NCBI GenBank assembly: GCA_000004695.1
Contig: CM000153.2
Coordinates: forward strand, 1,760,001 to 1,824,000
From: Dictyostelium discoideum
Lineage: Eukaryota
Direction of reading: 5' to 3'
Length of the DNA stretch: 64,000 nt
The notes under the pieces are model-generated. The model ran no database searches and was not told the origin of the DNA. It saw only the letters and a list, made by a program, of their open reading frames with translations. The position numbers were made by a program, and so were the translations under genes. Each line of letters begins with the position of its first letter. The first letter of the stretch is position 1. This document shows, piece by piece, positions 32,984-46,776 of the stretch.

Positions 32984-33616
32984 ATGAAGAATATATATAA
33001 AAAATAAAATTCAAATTAAAAGATATATAATCTCATTTTCAAATAATTATTTATTTATTTTTTATTTATTATAATTTAATATTAAATTTATTACTTGCAC
33101 ATAATTAAGAAACAATTCGTATATTGTTATTGTTTCAATATAAATTTTACACTCCCTACTTGGGGTTTTTTTTTTTTTTTTTTTTTTTTCATTTTTCATT
33201 TAATATGATTTTTTTAAATGATTAAAGAATTCGAAAAATATGTATTAAATAGTAAAAACATTAAAAAAATGTTTTTTTTTTTGACGACAACAGTTTTTAA
33301 AATATTAACTTTTAAAACAATTATAAGAATGAGGTCAAAATATCTAATATCTTTTTAAAAATTATATTTTTTTTTTTTTTTTTTTTTCCAAAAATTTTTA
33401 AGACAAATAAAAAAAAAAAAAACAATGAAATAAAATTCTTATAAATATTCAGTATTATTTTATTTCATTTTTCAAGAAAAACAAAAAACCAAAAACAAAT
33501 TAGAAATAAAAACGCACATAAACAAAAAAAATACATATTATAATACTATATTTTATTTATTTAATAATAATTAATTTTTTATAAATTTCAATTTTAATTT
33601 TTAAAAAAAAACAAAA

Positions 33617-33848
33617 ATGGAGTACAAAGAAAAAGAGATCAATACATCATCACCTTCATCACCAAGTAAAACCCAAATTTCAAATATTGAAAATGATTCA
33701 ATTTCTGAAAAAGCACAAGAACCAATTTCTGAAAAAGTACAAGACCCAATTTCCGAAAAAGCACAAGAATCAATTTCTGAAAAAGAACATATTGAATCAA
33801 ATAATGTTAGTGAAATTATTGATTTAATTAAAAGTGGTGATCAGCATC

Positions 33849-33909
<61 letters not shown>

Positions 33910-35080
33910 AGAAGAGAATCAAGAAATCAATTATAATGACAACCAATTATCAAATGAAGAAATAGTTGAAGATGTTAAAAATTCAAATATTAATAATAAT
34001 AATACAATTGAAAAAGGAAATTCAAGTCAAAATAATAATAAAAATAATAATAATAATTATCATACTGAAAAATGTGATTATTGTTTAATTTGTAAATGTT
34101 ATGATTATGGTGAAATTACACATAATATTGTTGAAGATTCAGAAATTTTAAAACAATCAATTAGATACTCATATGTTGATGATACATCAATTAATTCAAT
34201 ATTGGCACATAGAAATTATGCAGAAAAAGAAGCAATAATGAAGAAATTTAATGATAAATATAATAAGAGTTTAGAAACAGAATTAGCAAGTCACACTCAT
34301 CAAAAATATAGACGTACTTTAATTTCAATTTTAACAGAACCAAGTATATATGATACATTAAATATTGAAAATTCAATTAAAACAAAGAATTCAAATACAT
34401 TATTGGAAATTTTATTAACAAGAACCAATGAACAAAAAGAATTAATTAAAAGAATTTATTTAGTTAAGTATGGTAAAAACATTGAACATGATATAATTGC
34501 TAAATTTTCAAATGGTGCAAATGTGAATGGTAACATGATGAAACAATTATTAATTTCAATGTTAAATAATGACCGTGATTCAAATTCAAATCAATCATTG
34601 GATATGAATTTAATAAACACTGATTCCAATAGACTATATCAAGCTGGTGAACATAAAAAAGGAACAGATCATGAAGTTTTCATTGAAATTTTAAGCAAAC
34701 GTTCTTTTTCACATTTAAGTGAACTGGATCGTGTTTATGAAAATTCAAATCCAAAAGGACATTCATTAAGAAAAGCAATTGAATTAGAATTTGGTGTATC
34801 GAAATCAATTAAACAAGTTAAAATTTCGTTATTAGATATATTATTATTTTCAAAAGAACCTTCAAAATATTGGGCTGAACAATTTAATCGTGCATTAACA
34901 AGTGGTTCTTGGGGAATTAATGAAATTGATTTAACTCGTTTAACAATAACTCAACAACATCAAGCTAGTAAAATTAAACAAGCTTATATCTCTCATTATG
35001 ATAATAGTTTAATAAATGAAGTTTCTTCAAAAACTTCATTTAGATATAAGAAAATCATTTTATCAATGTTAACAGTTTGA
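33617..35080 (+). CDS. Annexin (four annexin repeats) with a repetitive N-terminal extension
   Basis: It has annexin endonexin-fold signatures, including KGTDHEVFIEILSKRSFSHLSELDRVYENSNPKGHSLRKAIELEFGVSKSIKQVKISLLDILL, and earlier repeats (ILAHRNYAEKEAIMKKFNDKYNKSLETELASHTHQKYRRTLISIL). The N-terminus has PISEKAQE/PISEKVQD repeats and poly-N. Confidence 0.8.
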
Positions 35081-35280
35081 AATTTCTTCAAATTACTTTA
35101 TAAATAAATTAATTTTTTAACTTTTTATAGAATATTCTATTTTATTTATTTATCATTTTTTAAATTAATAATTATAATAATGTTTTTGAAAAGAATACTT
35201 TAATTGATTTTTTTTTTTTTTTTCATATATATTACTTTTTTTAAAATTGTAATATTACAAACTTTTTTTTTTTTTAAAAT

Positions 35281-37504
<2,224 letters not shown>

Positions 37505-38252
37505 TTTTCTTTGATTTTTATTTGATTATTAATTCATTAATGAATCAATAAATAAAAAAATAAAAAATAAAAAAAATAAAAAAAAAGTGGAAAATGAGAA
37601 ATGAAAATTTAAATATATAAATATAGGTAAATGAATGAAAATGATTTTTTTTTTTTTTTTATGAAAATAAAAAATTAAAAACATTTCAAAAAAAAATTAA
37701 AAAAAAAAAAAAAAAAAATTAAAAAAAAGACCGCCAAAAATACAAGTAAATTATTTTTTTTCTTTTTTATTTTTTACAATATTAAACAGTTTATTTAAAC
37801 AATAAAAAATAAAAAATAAAAAATAAAATTTTACCACCTCTAAAATAATTTGTTTTTTTAAGGATTTTCTTTAAAACAATCTATTAAATAAGGTAATTTT
37901 TATAAAAAAAAAAAAAATGAATAAAAAATAAATAACAAATAAAATAAAACAACCTTTTTAAAAAAAATTATTATTTTATTACTACAATTAATCAAAGAAA
38001 TCAACAATTCTAAAAATAAAATAAACAAATGTTTTTTATTTTTATTTTTATTTTTTTTATAATTTAATTTATTTTTATTTTTTTTTATTTTTATTTTTTT
38101 ACTTTTTTCAAACTACCACCGACTTCATTAAAAAAAAAAAAAAAAAAAAAAAATTTTTCCTTTTTTTTAAAATAAATAAAAAAAAAAAAATGAAAAATTT
38201 TTTTTCATTTTCAAAATTAACACCACATCTTAAAAACATATACCACAGAAAC

Positions 38253-39209
38253 ATGACATACACAACTAAACAAGTAGGAGAAACTGGTTCACTTGAATAC
38301 CGTCTTTTCTTTTGTATGTATAATTTATTATTTTCTTGATCAAAAAAAAAAAAAAAAAAAAAAAAAAATATTTTACTAATCGTTTTTATTTTATTTTTTT
38401 TTTCACATTTTTACACTTTTATTTTTTAATTTTAAAATTTAAAATTTAAAATTTAAAATTTAAAAATATAAAATTTATTTTATAAATATATAGTAAAAGA
38501 TAATAAACCAGTATCATCATTCCATGATGTTCCATTATGGGTTAATAAAGAGAAACAAATTGTTAATATGTTAGTTGAAATTCCAAGAGGTACCAATGCC
38601 AAATTAGAGATTGCCACCAAAGAATATATGAATCCAATTAAACAAGATGTTAAAGATGGTAAATTAAGATTTGTTCACGACAAATACCCATTCAACTATG
38701 GTGCATTACCACAAACTTGGGAAAGTCCAGAACACACTCACCCATCAACCGGTGCTAAAGGTGATAATGATCCATTAGACGCTTGTGAAATTGGTTCTGG
38801 TCAAGGTGTAACTGGTGAATTCAAACAAGTTAAAGTTCTTGGTGTTTTCGCTATGATTGATGCCGGTGAAACCGATTGGAAGATCCTTTGCATTGACGTT
38901 AACGATCCAATTGCTTCACAAATCAACTCTCAAGAAGATATTGAAAAACATTTACCAGGTAAAATTAATGAAGTCTACACCTTTTTAAGAGATTACAAAA
39001 TCCCAGATGGTAAAGGTCCAAATCAATTCGCTTTTGATGGTAAATTACAATCAATTGATTTCTCCATGAAAATCATTGAGGAAACTGAAGCTGAATGGAA
39101 AGATTTAGTTGGTGGTAAAACAAAATCATCACTCTCTGTTGTAAACACAACTTTAAATGATTCAAATACTGTTACCGCTGATGTTGCTGCTCAAAAACTT
39201 AACTTTTGA
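38253..39209 (+). CDS. ppa1: Soluble inorganic pyrophosphatase, 2 exons: 38253..38313, 38494..39209
   Basis: Exon 1 reads MTYTTKQVGETGSLEYRLFF and has a GTATGT donor in phase 1. Exon 2 reads (L)KDNKPVSSFHDVPLWVNKEKQIVNMLVEIPRGTNAKLEI...DKYPFNYGALPQTWESP...DNDPLDACEIG. It is colinear with yeast IPP1 ([36 protein letters not shown]...). Confidence 0.9.
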
Positions 39210-39440
39210 CTCAATAATAATAATAATAAAATAATTTCAAAACTATAGAAAATAAATAATGTTTTGGTTTAATGTAAAAAAAAAAAAAAAAAAAAGATCT
39301 TAATTTGTATTAAGATATTAATATTTTTTAAAATTTTTTTCATTTTTTTTTATTTTTTTTTTTTTTTTTTATATCTTAAAATTATATTTTAATTTAATTT
39401 TAAAATTTTAGATCTTTTTTTTTTTTTTTTAAATATATAT

Positions 39441-39476
<36 letters not shown>

Positions 39477-39492
39477 CTTTTATTATTATTAT

Positions 39493-41319
39493 TTATAATT
39501 CGGATTGAAGTTTTCTTAATTCTTCTAAAAACTTTTGTTCATTATTTATTTTTTCAATTGCAGTTGGTGGAATAAATTCTCCAGAATTTAATTTTTCTTT
39601 TAATACTTCAACCTCTTTGAGTTTTCTTTCAACATTTCTAATTTTCTTTTCAATTGGTGTTAGTTCTCTCTTTGGTTCATCTGCAGCTGGTTTTGTTGTG
39701 GTGGTGGTAGTATTGTTTGTTGTTGTTGTTGATGATGGTTTTTGTTTTGGTTTAAAAGTTGATGATGATTTGGCAGAAGCTAAATAAACTTTAAAACCAC
39801 TTGGAAGTGGAGCACCCATTGCAGGTGGTGAAGTTACAACTGGTGGAGCAGCTTGCATATTTCTAAGTGATGGTGGTGTATATTTTTGTGGTTGTGGTGA
39901 AGATTCTTTTTGTTGTTGTATACTTGGATAGACGATTCTTTCATTTGGGAAGACGAGTGGATTTAAAGGTCTCCAAGAGGCTTGATAAAGTTCAGGTATG
40001 TTTTCTTGATAGACGATAGTGTTATCGTATTTGATGATTTTAACACCATTGTCAACACGAATACGTGGTGAAAGGACAGCGGTCATAAAGTGAACGGAAT
40101 CAGCAGACCATTCAGTGTAAATGGCACAATGAGATTGAGTGCCACAAATTCTCTTGTAACGTGTTAAATCCCAAAAGTCCATATCACCTTGAAGATTACC
40201 AAAACCACCCAAACATAACAATTGACCATTTGGAGAGAAACGAATGGTGTTTCTTGGATTGAGACCAAAATCGACCAATGGTTCACCCTTTAAATTGAAA
40301 AGTGTAGTTTGTGATGGCATATTACCATAGCAAACCATGAATTGATCCAAAGTTGGGCTCCATTGAACGTCGTGAATTGGTCCTTTGATGTTGAGATTGA
40401 AACTACTACCATCTTGTGAGAGGAACCAAAGACCGGTTTCACCATAGTATGATTTACCCGATTTATCAGTGTCGGTGAATGTGTGGACAAGGATTGCGTT
40501 ACCCTTTTTATTCCACAATACCTTTGCTTCTGAAGCCTTGAAAAACTTCAAATGAGAGCAATATTCGTTGACAGTTGGATATGAGTAGATACGTGCTGAA
40601 CCTGGGGTGCTACCTTTCTCTGGTACAAAGGTTGCGATTTTGTATGGACCACCATTGGTAGCTGGTGCAAACTCGAATGAGGAGATGTCTTGTAATTTGA
40701 TCTTCTTTGCCAATACACCAATTGAACGACCATTGAAAAAGTGTACCTCGTTTGAGATCAATTTACCTGCCAATACTTCATCATCGGTCCACTTGATGAG
40801 TGGCCAATTCTCTTGGTTACAATATTTCTGTGAGGTTTTATAGAGGATGGAGGCCTGTTTGATATCCCACACAATGAGGTTGTTTTCATTGTTATTGTAT
40901 TCTGACATTCTCTCCCATGTTAAGAGGAAACTGTTTTGTGGTGAAAATGATATCATTCCAACATTTGGTCTATTGATTACAGAGTGAACTGATCCACCAT
41001 CACTATTGCAAATTACAATCTCATTCAAATTAACATATGCAATCAATGTACCATCCTTACTGTATTCAACATGACGACAATCTCCATTACTATATGATGG
41101 TAAATTTAAATTCTTTCCATATTGTTGCCCAATCTCTTGATATGCATTGGTTTTTGATCTAACTACAAATTGTAATTTTGGTGTAGTTAATGTTTCTGTT
41201 GTTGTTGTTGTTGTACTATTTGATGCTACTGATGTTAATGTTGGTGAGCTTTGTGATGGTGATGGTGATGTTGTAGTTGTAGTAGTAGTATTATTATTAT
41301 TATTATTTGGGGCACTCAT
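39493..41319 (-). CDS. eif2a: Eukaryotic translation initiation factor 2A (eIF2A), WD/beta-propeller protein
   Basis: Single 608-aa ORF. It has eIF2A-type propeller repeats (IRFSPNGQLLCLGGFGNLQGDMDFWDL, LWFLSQDGSSFNLNIKGPIHDVQWSP), a C-terminal charged coiled tail and a poly-T/N N-terminus. Confidence 0.8.
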   Translation of the reverse strand: MSAPNNNNNNTTTTTTTSPSPSQSSPTLTSVASNSTTTTTTETLTTPKLQFVVRSKTNAYQEIGQQYGKNLNLPSYSNGDCRHVEYSKDGTLIAYVNLNEIVICNSDGGSVHSVINRPNVGMISFSPQNSFLLTWERMSEYNNNENNLIVWDIKQASILYKTSQKYCNQENWPLIKWTDDEVLAGKLISNEVHFFNGRSIGVLAKKIKLQDISSFEFAPATNGGPYKIATFVPEKGSTPGSARIYSYPTVNEYCSHLKFFKASEAKVLWNKKGNAILVHTFTDTDKSGKSYYGETGLWFLSQDGSSFNLNIKGPIHDVQWSPTLDQFMVCYGNMPSQTTLFNLKGEPLVDFGLNPRNTIRFSPNGQLLCLGGFGNLQGDMDFWDLTRYKRICGTQSHCAIYTEWSADSVHFMTAVLSPRIRVDNGVKIIKYDNTIVYQENIPELYQASWRPLNPLVFPNERIVYPSIQQQKESSPQPQKYTPPSLRNMQAAPPVVTSPPAMGAPLPSGFKVYLASAKSSSTFKPKQKPSSTTTTNNTTTTTTKPAADEPKRELTPIEKKIRNVERKLKEVEVLKEKLNSGEFIPPTAIEKINNEQKFLEELRKLQSEL

Positions 41320-41382
41320 TTCTTTTTATTATTATTAATTATTAATTATTATTATTTATTATTTAAAAATAGAAAAATTTAT

Positions 41383-41421
<39 letters not shown>

Positions 41422-42328
41422 ATGTTTATTTGTATGTATTTATTTAAAATATAGTATTATTTTAAAATTGTTATTATTGTTGTTATTATTAATATTATTA
41501 TTATAAAATTAATTCTTTTTTTATTTTTCAAATATATGTAGAAATTATTACTATTTAAAATATTATTATTATTTTATTATTAGTTATTTATTATTTTATT
41601 ATTAGTTATTTATTATTTATTAATACTATGTGCGCTCTTACTACTCTCTCTCCTGTCTCACTCTTTATCGTTTTTCTATAACTGTGATCCCCTTTTGTGG
41701 TTTGCGATTTCACATATAAAAATTTAAAAAAAACTTTTTTTTTCAAAAAAAAAAATTTAAAAAAAAAAAAAAAAATAAAAAAAAATAAAAAAAATTTCAC
41801 AAAAAAAAAAAAATAAAAATAAAAATAAATAAATAAAAATAAAATAAATTAAAAAAAATTAAAATAAAATAATAAATTTAATTAAAATCACAGTGCTAAA
41901 ATAAAAACAATAAAGTGACGAATAGATTTGTCAAATAAAAATTTAATTTAATTAAAAATAATTTCCAAAAAAAAAAAAAAAAAAAAAATATTCAAGTGAT
42001 CGGTATTAAACAAGAAAAAAAAAAAAAATAAAAAAAAAATAATAATATTAAATTTAAATCTTGTTTTCTTTTAATTTTTTTTTTTTAGAAATCATAAAAA
42101 ATCCAATGTTTCTATTAATATTGAGATTGAAAATCATAATATATTCCAAGAGTGTCCAGTTTGTACCATTTGTTAAAGAGAATCAAATAGGAAAGTTTTT
42201 CATCTTCAGACAGTTCTTCATTGATCCAACAAATATTATGAATTTTTGATGTCATTATGTTCTATATGCGCATAATGGCATTTAAAGTTCTGAATAGTCA
42301 TATTTTCACATTTGATTAGAGACTGAAT

Positions 42329-42340
42329 GAGAATCGAACC
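42329..42340 (-). promoter_or_regulatory. External B box (exB), a downstream extra pol III B-box-like element typical of Dictyostelium tRNA genes
   Basis: The minus strand reads GGTTCGATTCTC, about 33 nt downstream of the tRNA 3' end. This matches the GGTTCGANTCC consensus. Dictyostelium tRNA genes commonly carry such an exB box (established knowledge). Confidence 0.5.
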
Positions 42341-42372
42341 TCCGACGATATATGGGTAGGCGAAAAAAATTT

Positions 42373-42445
42373 CGCCCAAAGGGGGGCTCGAACCCCCGAC
42401 CACAAGGTTAAAAGCCTTGCGCTCTACCGACTGAGCTATCTGGGC
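42373..42445 (-). tRNA. tRNA-Lys (anticodon UUU), 73 nt, no intron
   Basis: The minus strand reads GCCCAGATAGCTCAGTCGGTAGAGCGCAAGGCTTTTAACCTTGTGGTCGGGGGTTCGAGCCCCCCTTTGGGCG. It has a 7-bp acceptor stem with one G-U pair, D-loop AGCTCAGTCGGTAGAGC (A box), anticodon loop CTTTTAA (TTT) and T-loop GGTTCGAGCC (B box). An oligo-T terminator follows. Confidence 0.9.
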
Positions 42446-42478
42446 ATTTTTGAATTTTAAATTAAAAATAAACCCAAT

Positions 42479-42499
42479 AAAGAATAATTTTAACCAATT

Positions 42500-42533
<34 letters not shown>

Positions 42534-42581
42534 AAGAATAATTTTAAAAATTATAACAATAATAATAATAATAATAATAAT

Positions 42582-42614
<33 letters not shown>

Positions 42615-42627
42615 TAAGAATAACAAG

Positions 42628-42666
<39 letters not shown>

Positions 42667-43120
42667 AAACTCTCCTAGAACACACTCAAATTGAGTGATG
42701 TTATTAAAAAAAAAAAAAAAAGAATAATTTTAAACTACACTCTAACTTAGTGTGGACACACTTGGAATGTGGAGATTTTAAACCATCTACAAATTGCACT
42801 AATATCCAATTTAATAGCTATCATATTCGAAAAAATATGGCAAAAAAGAAACAAACTGATTCACGATGAAAAAGAAATAATAATTCATCATACGTGAACT
42901 AATTAAAACACAAAGAGCTGCATGGGACAGGACACAAGCGGTGATAAACAAAACATTAAGAATCAAATCAAAGCAACGACCAGAAGAATTAGACTCATTA
43001 ATCTCGCTAAAGCTATTACAATTTAGCAGACAATGGAACTCACCTCTTCACGCAATAGCACTTCCTAAACATCTCAAAAAATACAACAATTCACTCAGTA
43101 CTTTCTATAAATAAAAAAAA

Positions 43121-43171
<51 letters not shown>

Positions 43172-43625
43172 AAAAAAAAAAAAACCTGGGGACCCAAGTT
43201 AATCAGAAAATTTCCAGATTTATAACTTTTTAAAGTAAAATAAAAAAAATAGAAAGAAAACAAGTTGAAAATTACAAACAACACCACAAATATTAAGCAA
43301 CATAAATGCCTACATAAAATAAGCGAAATTGTGGATAAAACTCATATAAAAAAAAAACAATTCAAATATGTCATCAACATCAATCACGAACCAGACGATA
43401 AAATAAAAAAAGATTTAGAAAAATGTTTGGACAAAAAATATGTTTTAATCAAAAGTTATAATACAATTCAAAATTCGAAACAAAAAAAAAAAAAAAAAAA
43501 AAAAGTAAACTAACCCCTCTTTTAGAGACCCTGTAAAAAAACTAAAATAAAATGAGATCTAGCATCTCAAGGAGAAGCAACCAATAATTGCGTTATCCAA
43601 TTCAAAAAAAAAAGAATAATTTTAA
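42479..43625 (+). mobile_element. Cluster of 5'-truncated, poly(A)-terminated non-LTR retroelement fragments (TRE-type, tRNA-gene-targeted) flanked by four copies of the same 15-17-bp direct repeat
   Basis: (A)TAAAGAATAATTTTAA occurs at 42479-42493, 42533-42547, 42719-42733 and 43611-43625. Each interval between copies ends in an oligo(A) tract. The third interval (42736-43195) is a distinctly GC-richer, non-genomic-looking sequence ending in a roughly 80-nt A tract. The first copy lies about 35-50 bp upstream of the tRNA-Lys 5' end, which is the known TRE5 target distance. I did not verify the family (TRE5-A/B/C) by alignment. Confidence 0.5.
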
Positions 43626-43928
43626 AAAGAAAATGAATTTTTTATTTTAAAAAAACATTTTAAAAAACAAACTTTAATAAATTTAAGAATTTTCTTTACA
43701 AATTTTAATTTTAATGGAAAATTCTAAAAGACATTTTTTGGATTGGTTTCACCAAAAAAAAAACTGTTTTTGTTAGAGTTATCCTATTTTTAAATGGTCC
43801 GACTTATTCAAGAGAATACATTAGTCGAAATTAAGATATTTTTATTATATAAAAATAAAATAATTTTTTTTTTTTTTTTCCCATTCACTTTTTTATTTTT
43901 AATTTTTACTTTTATTATTTTCCTATAA

Positions 43929-44736
43929 ATGAATAAATTCTATAATTGTATTATATTTTTAATTATATATAAATTTATTTTTATAAGGTGTGTAGATGCA
44001 CAAACATCTACTTTGAAACAAACAGAATTTGATTGTATGGTTGCATTCCTAAATGTTTTTTCAAATGGAGTAACACCAGATTTAAATAGTACTGGTTTTT
44101 ATAATTTAAATAGAACTTCTACAATGGGTGTAAGAGCAAGTGAAATAAGGAATTTTGGAGTTTATCAATTGTAAGAAAATTATAATAAATATATATATTT
44201 AAATTTATAATTTTAATTAATTTCTTTCTCAAATTAATTTTAGGTTCATTAATCAAAACAACTACCCCAATTGATCTATCAATTTTCTCATGTTTAAAAT
44301 CTGCTATTTCAGTTTCATTTTATAATCTACACCTAGATTCAATTGGATCTGTGATTTCTTCATCTTCATTACCATCAACATTAATAATTCATTCTAATTC
44401 TGAATATGGTGTAACATTTGGAAAGATTAAACCTGGAATTTAAACTTTTTCTTTATATATAAGCAACAACCAACAGATCTTAATATTAATTTTTCGATGA
44501 TAAATACCACAACTACTTTGTAAGTTTTTTTTTTTTTTTTTTTTCATTTTTTTTTTTTTCTTTATTAATTATAGAAATCCCACTTTTGATTAATGATAAT
44601 AATTTTAAAATACACTTGTATAATGATCTTGGAAAAAATTGGTCACCAACTACTTGACAAATAGATACTTTTACTTCCCAAGGTTTAAAATGGTTAATAA
44701 ATTCTCCAAATCTTGAAATTAATTTGGTAAACCAGT

Positions 44737-44772
<36 letters not shown>

Positions 44773-46260
44773 ATTTATTATTATTCAAACTATTTTTTTA
44801 TTTTTCTTTTAAATAGGTAATTCCATCAATTCAATATTTAATGATAACATGGTTCACTTAAATGATTTTTTAAATTTTAATAATCCGCCCCCATGTAGTA
44901 AGTTAAAATTAAAAATAATAATTATTGTAATTTAATTATTTTTTACTAATTTTAAAAATTTTTTTAATTAATAGAAACGGTTGTTGCAAATATTATTAGA
45001 GAAGAAATAGATGCAAATAATTGGATGTTTTATATTTTTGGAGAAGATTTAGGTGGATCATTTGGCGGTGCAAGGATTTTACCAGATATAAATTATCCAA
45101 GTTTTTCAGTATCACTATCAATAAAAAATTTTAGTCTATATTCATTTAGAGTTTCTAAAACTGTAGATGTACCAGATATATTAATTTTAAATTATCCATA
45201 TAATAGCATTGGTAACTTTTCATTGTCATGGGAGACTATTAATCCACAAATTAATATTGTTGATTGGGTTGGTGATAATTTGGTATTTAGTGGTAGTTAT
45301 TTTGGATATAATACTACAATTATTGATATTGAAATTGATGGTAAGAAATGTTTAATTTCAAAATCAACATTTTATCAAATCAATTGTACAATAGCAAAAA
45401 ATTCATTACCATCAAATTCAGGTCATGTAACTCTTGTAACAGTTGGTGATTTATCAACTCAAATCACTTTAGTTTATTATCAAGTTAATGCAATTATTGA
45501 ATGTCCAAATGGTAGTAGTTGTAACTAAGAATATGGTAATGGTTATTGTGATACTAGTAAAGGTGTATGTTTATGTAATTTAGATTGGCAATCAAGTGAT
45601 TGTAGTATTCCATATAGAATTTGCCCATTAGGTTCAAGTGTAGATTCTTCAATAATCAAAAAACAAGTTATCAAATTTTAATTTATTCATTAGTTGAAAT
45701 TGATTATTATGGCAATCTAGTAATTAATTATTCATTAGAAAGTAATTGGGAAAAACCAATTGAAATAAATCAATCAATTTATCAATTCACTCAAACTATT
45801 CAAAATCAACAATGTACTATAAAATATACAATAGAAGAAGTTAAAGATTGGTTGTAATGATGAAAATACAGAAATTGATACAATTGGTGATGATGATAAC
45901 TCTTTAAATTATATTTCAATTAAAAAAGATTCAAAAGTTTTATATGGTAGATTCATTGATAGATTAATTCAGATGATAGATCCACATATATGTCATCAAT
46001 AATTAAATCAAAAAATAATGAATCAATAATTGTGGCTATGAATTTACCACATTTCATTAGATTATGTAAGATTGATCCTGATTTCTCTGTATTATTATCA
46101 ACAAACTTCAAATCATCATGTCCATCTGATAATGATGGTGATAAAAGATCTTAGTTAATTTCAGTGGCTGTAACTGTTCCAATTGTTTCTTGTAGTGCTT
46201 TAGCTGGTCTTTCAATTTTTATTTATAGAAAAAAAATGATTGAAGCACCTTTTTTAAAAA
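43929..46260 (+). pseudogene. Disrupted gene for a signal-peptide / IPT-TIG / EGF-like / single-TM cell-surface protein (tgr-family-like), probable pseudogene
   Basis: The N-terminal exon has a signal peptide (MNKFYNCIIFLIIYKFIFIRCVDAQ). There are several AT-rich introns between 44172 and 45000. An IPT/TIG-like region follows (IIDIEIDGKKCLISKSTFYQINCTIAKNSLPSNSGHVTLVTVGDLSTQITLVYYQ), then a Cys-rich EGF-like stretch (ECPNGSSCN*EYGNGYCDTSKGVCLCNLDWQSSDCS). The C-terminal TM plus basic tail (VAVTVPIVSCSALAGLSIFIYRKKMIEAPFLKKMKKLSKQ) is in another frame. In-frame stops (TAA at 45526-45528, others near 44450, 45680, 45995, 46155) and at least 3 frame changes lie in non-AT-rich sequence, so they are not introns. 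Confidence 0.4.
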
Positions 46261-46366
46261 AAATGAAAAAACTTTCCAAACAATAAATCATTTTTTTTTT
46301 TTTTTTTTTTTTTTTCTAAAATCTTGATAGAAATAATTTTTAGTTTACTTTTTTTTTAAAAATAAT

Positions 46367-46398
<32 letters not shown>

Positions 46399-46644
46399 TT
46401 TTTATTTTTAGAATTTAATTAATTATCATTCATTTTTTATATATAAAAAAAAAAAAAAAAATTTTTTTTGATTGGGTTGTGCAATTTTTTTCTAATAATA
46501 AAATTGAATTATAAAAAAAAAACTAATAAAAAATAAAGAATAAAAAAAAAAAAAGGAAAATCTTTATTGCTTTTTTTTTTTTTATATTTTTTTTTATATT
46601 TTTTTTTTTTTAATATTTTTTTTTCATTCGTCCCACAAAAACAA

Positions 46645-46676
<32 letters not shown>

Positions 46677-46776
46677 CATTATAGCATTTATTATAAAATA
46701 TAAATTATATATATTTATATATTATATATTTGTATAATATATATATATTTATATATTTATATATTTATTATATAAA

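Noticed and set aside
42236-42502. 88-aa minus-strand ORF overlapping the tRNA-Lys gene
   Set aside because: It spans a canonical tRNA and its exB box. It is a chance open frame.
43265-43513. 82-aa Lys-rich ORF inside the retroelement-fragment region, considered as a remnant of a retroelement ORF1 or RT
   Set aside because: No RT, endonuclease or zinc-knuckle motif is recognisable. The composition is consistent with a translated A-rich 3' UTR.
44172-45000. Interpreting all interruptions in the tgr-like gene as introns
   Set aside because: The 5' interruptions are AT-rich with GT..AG boundaries and are plausible introns. The stops and frame changes from 45526 onward lie in GC-normal coding-like sequence without splice signals, so pseudogenisation is the better explanation.
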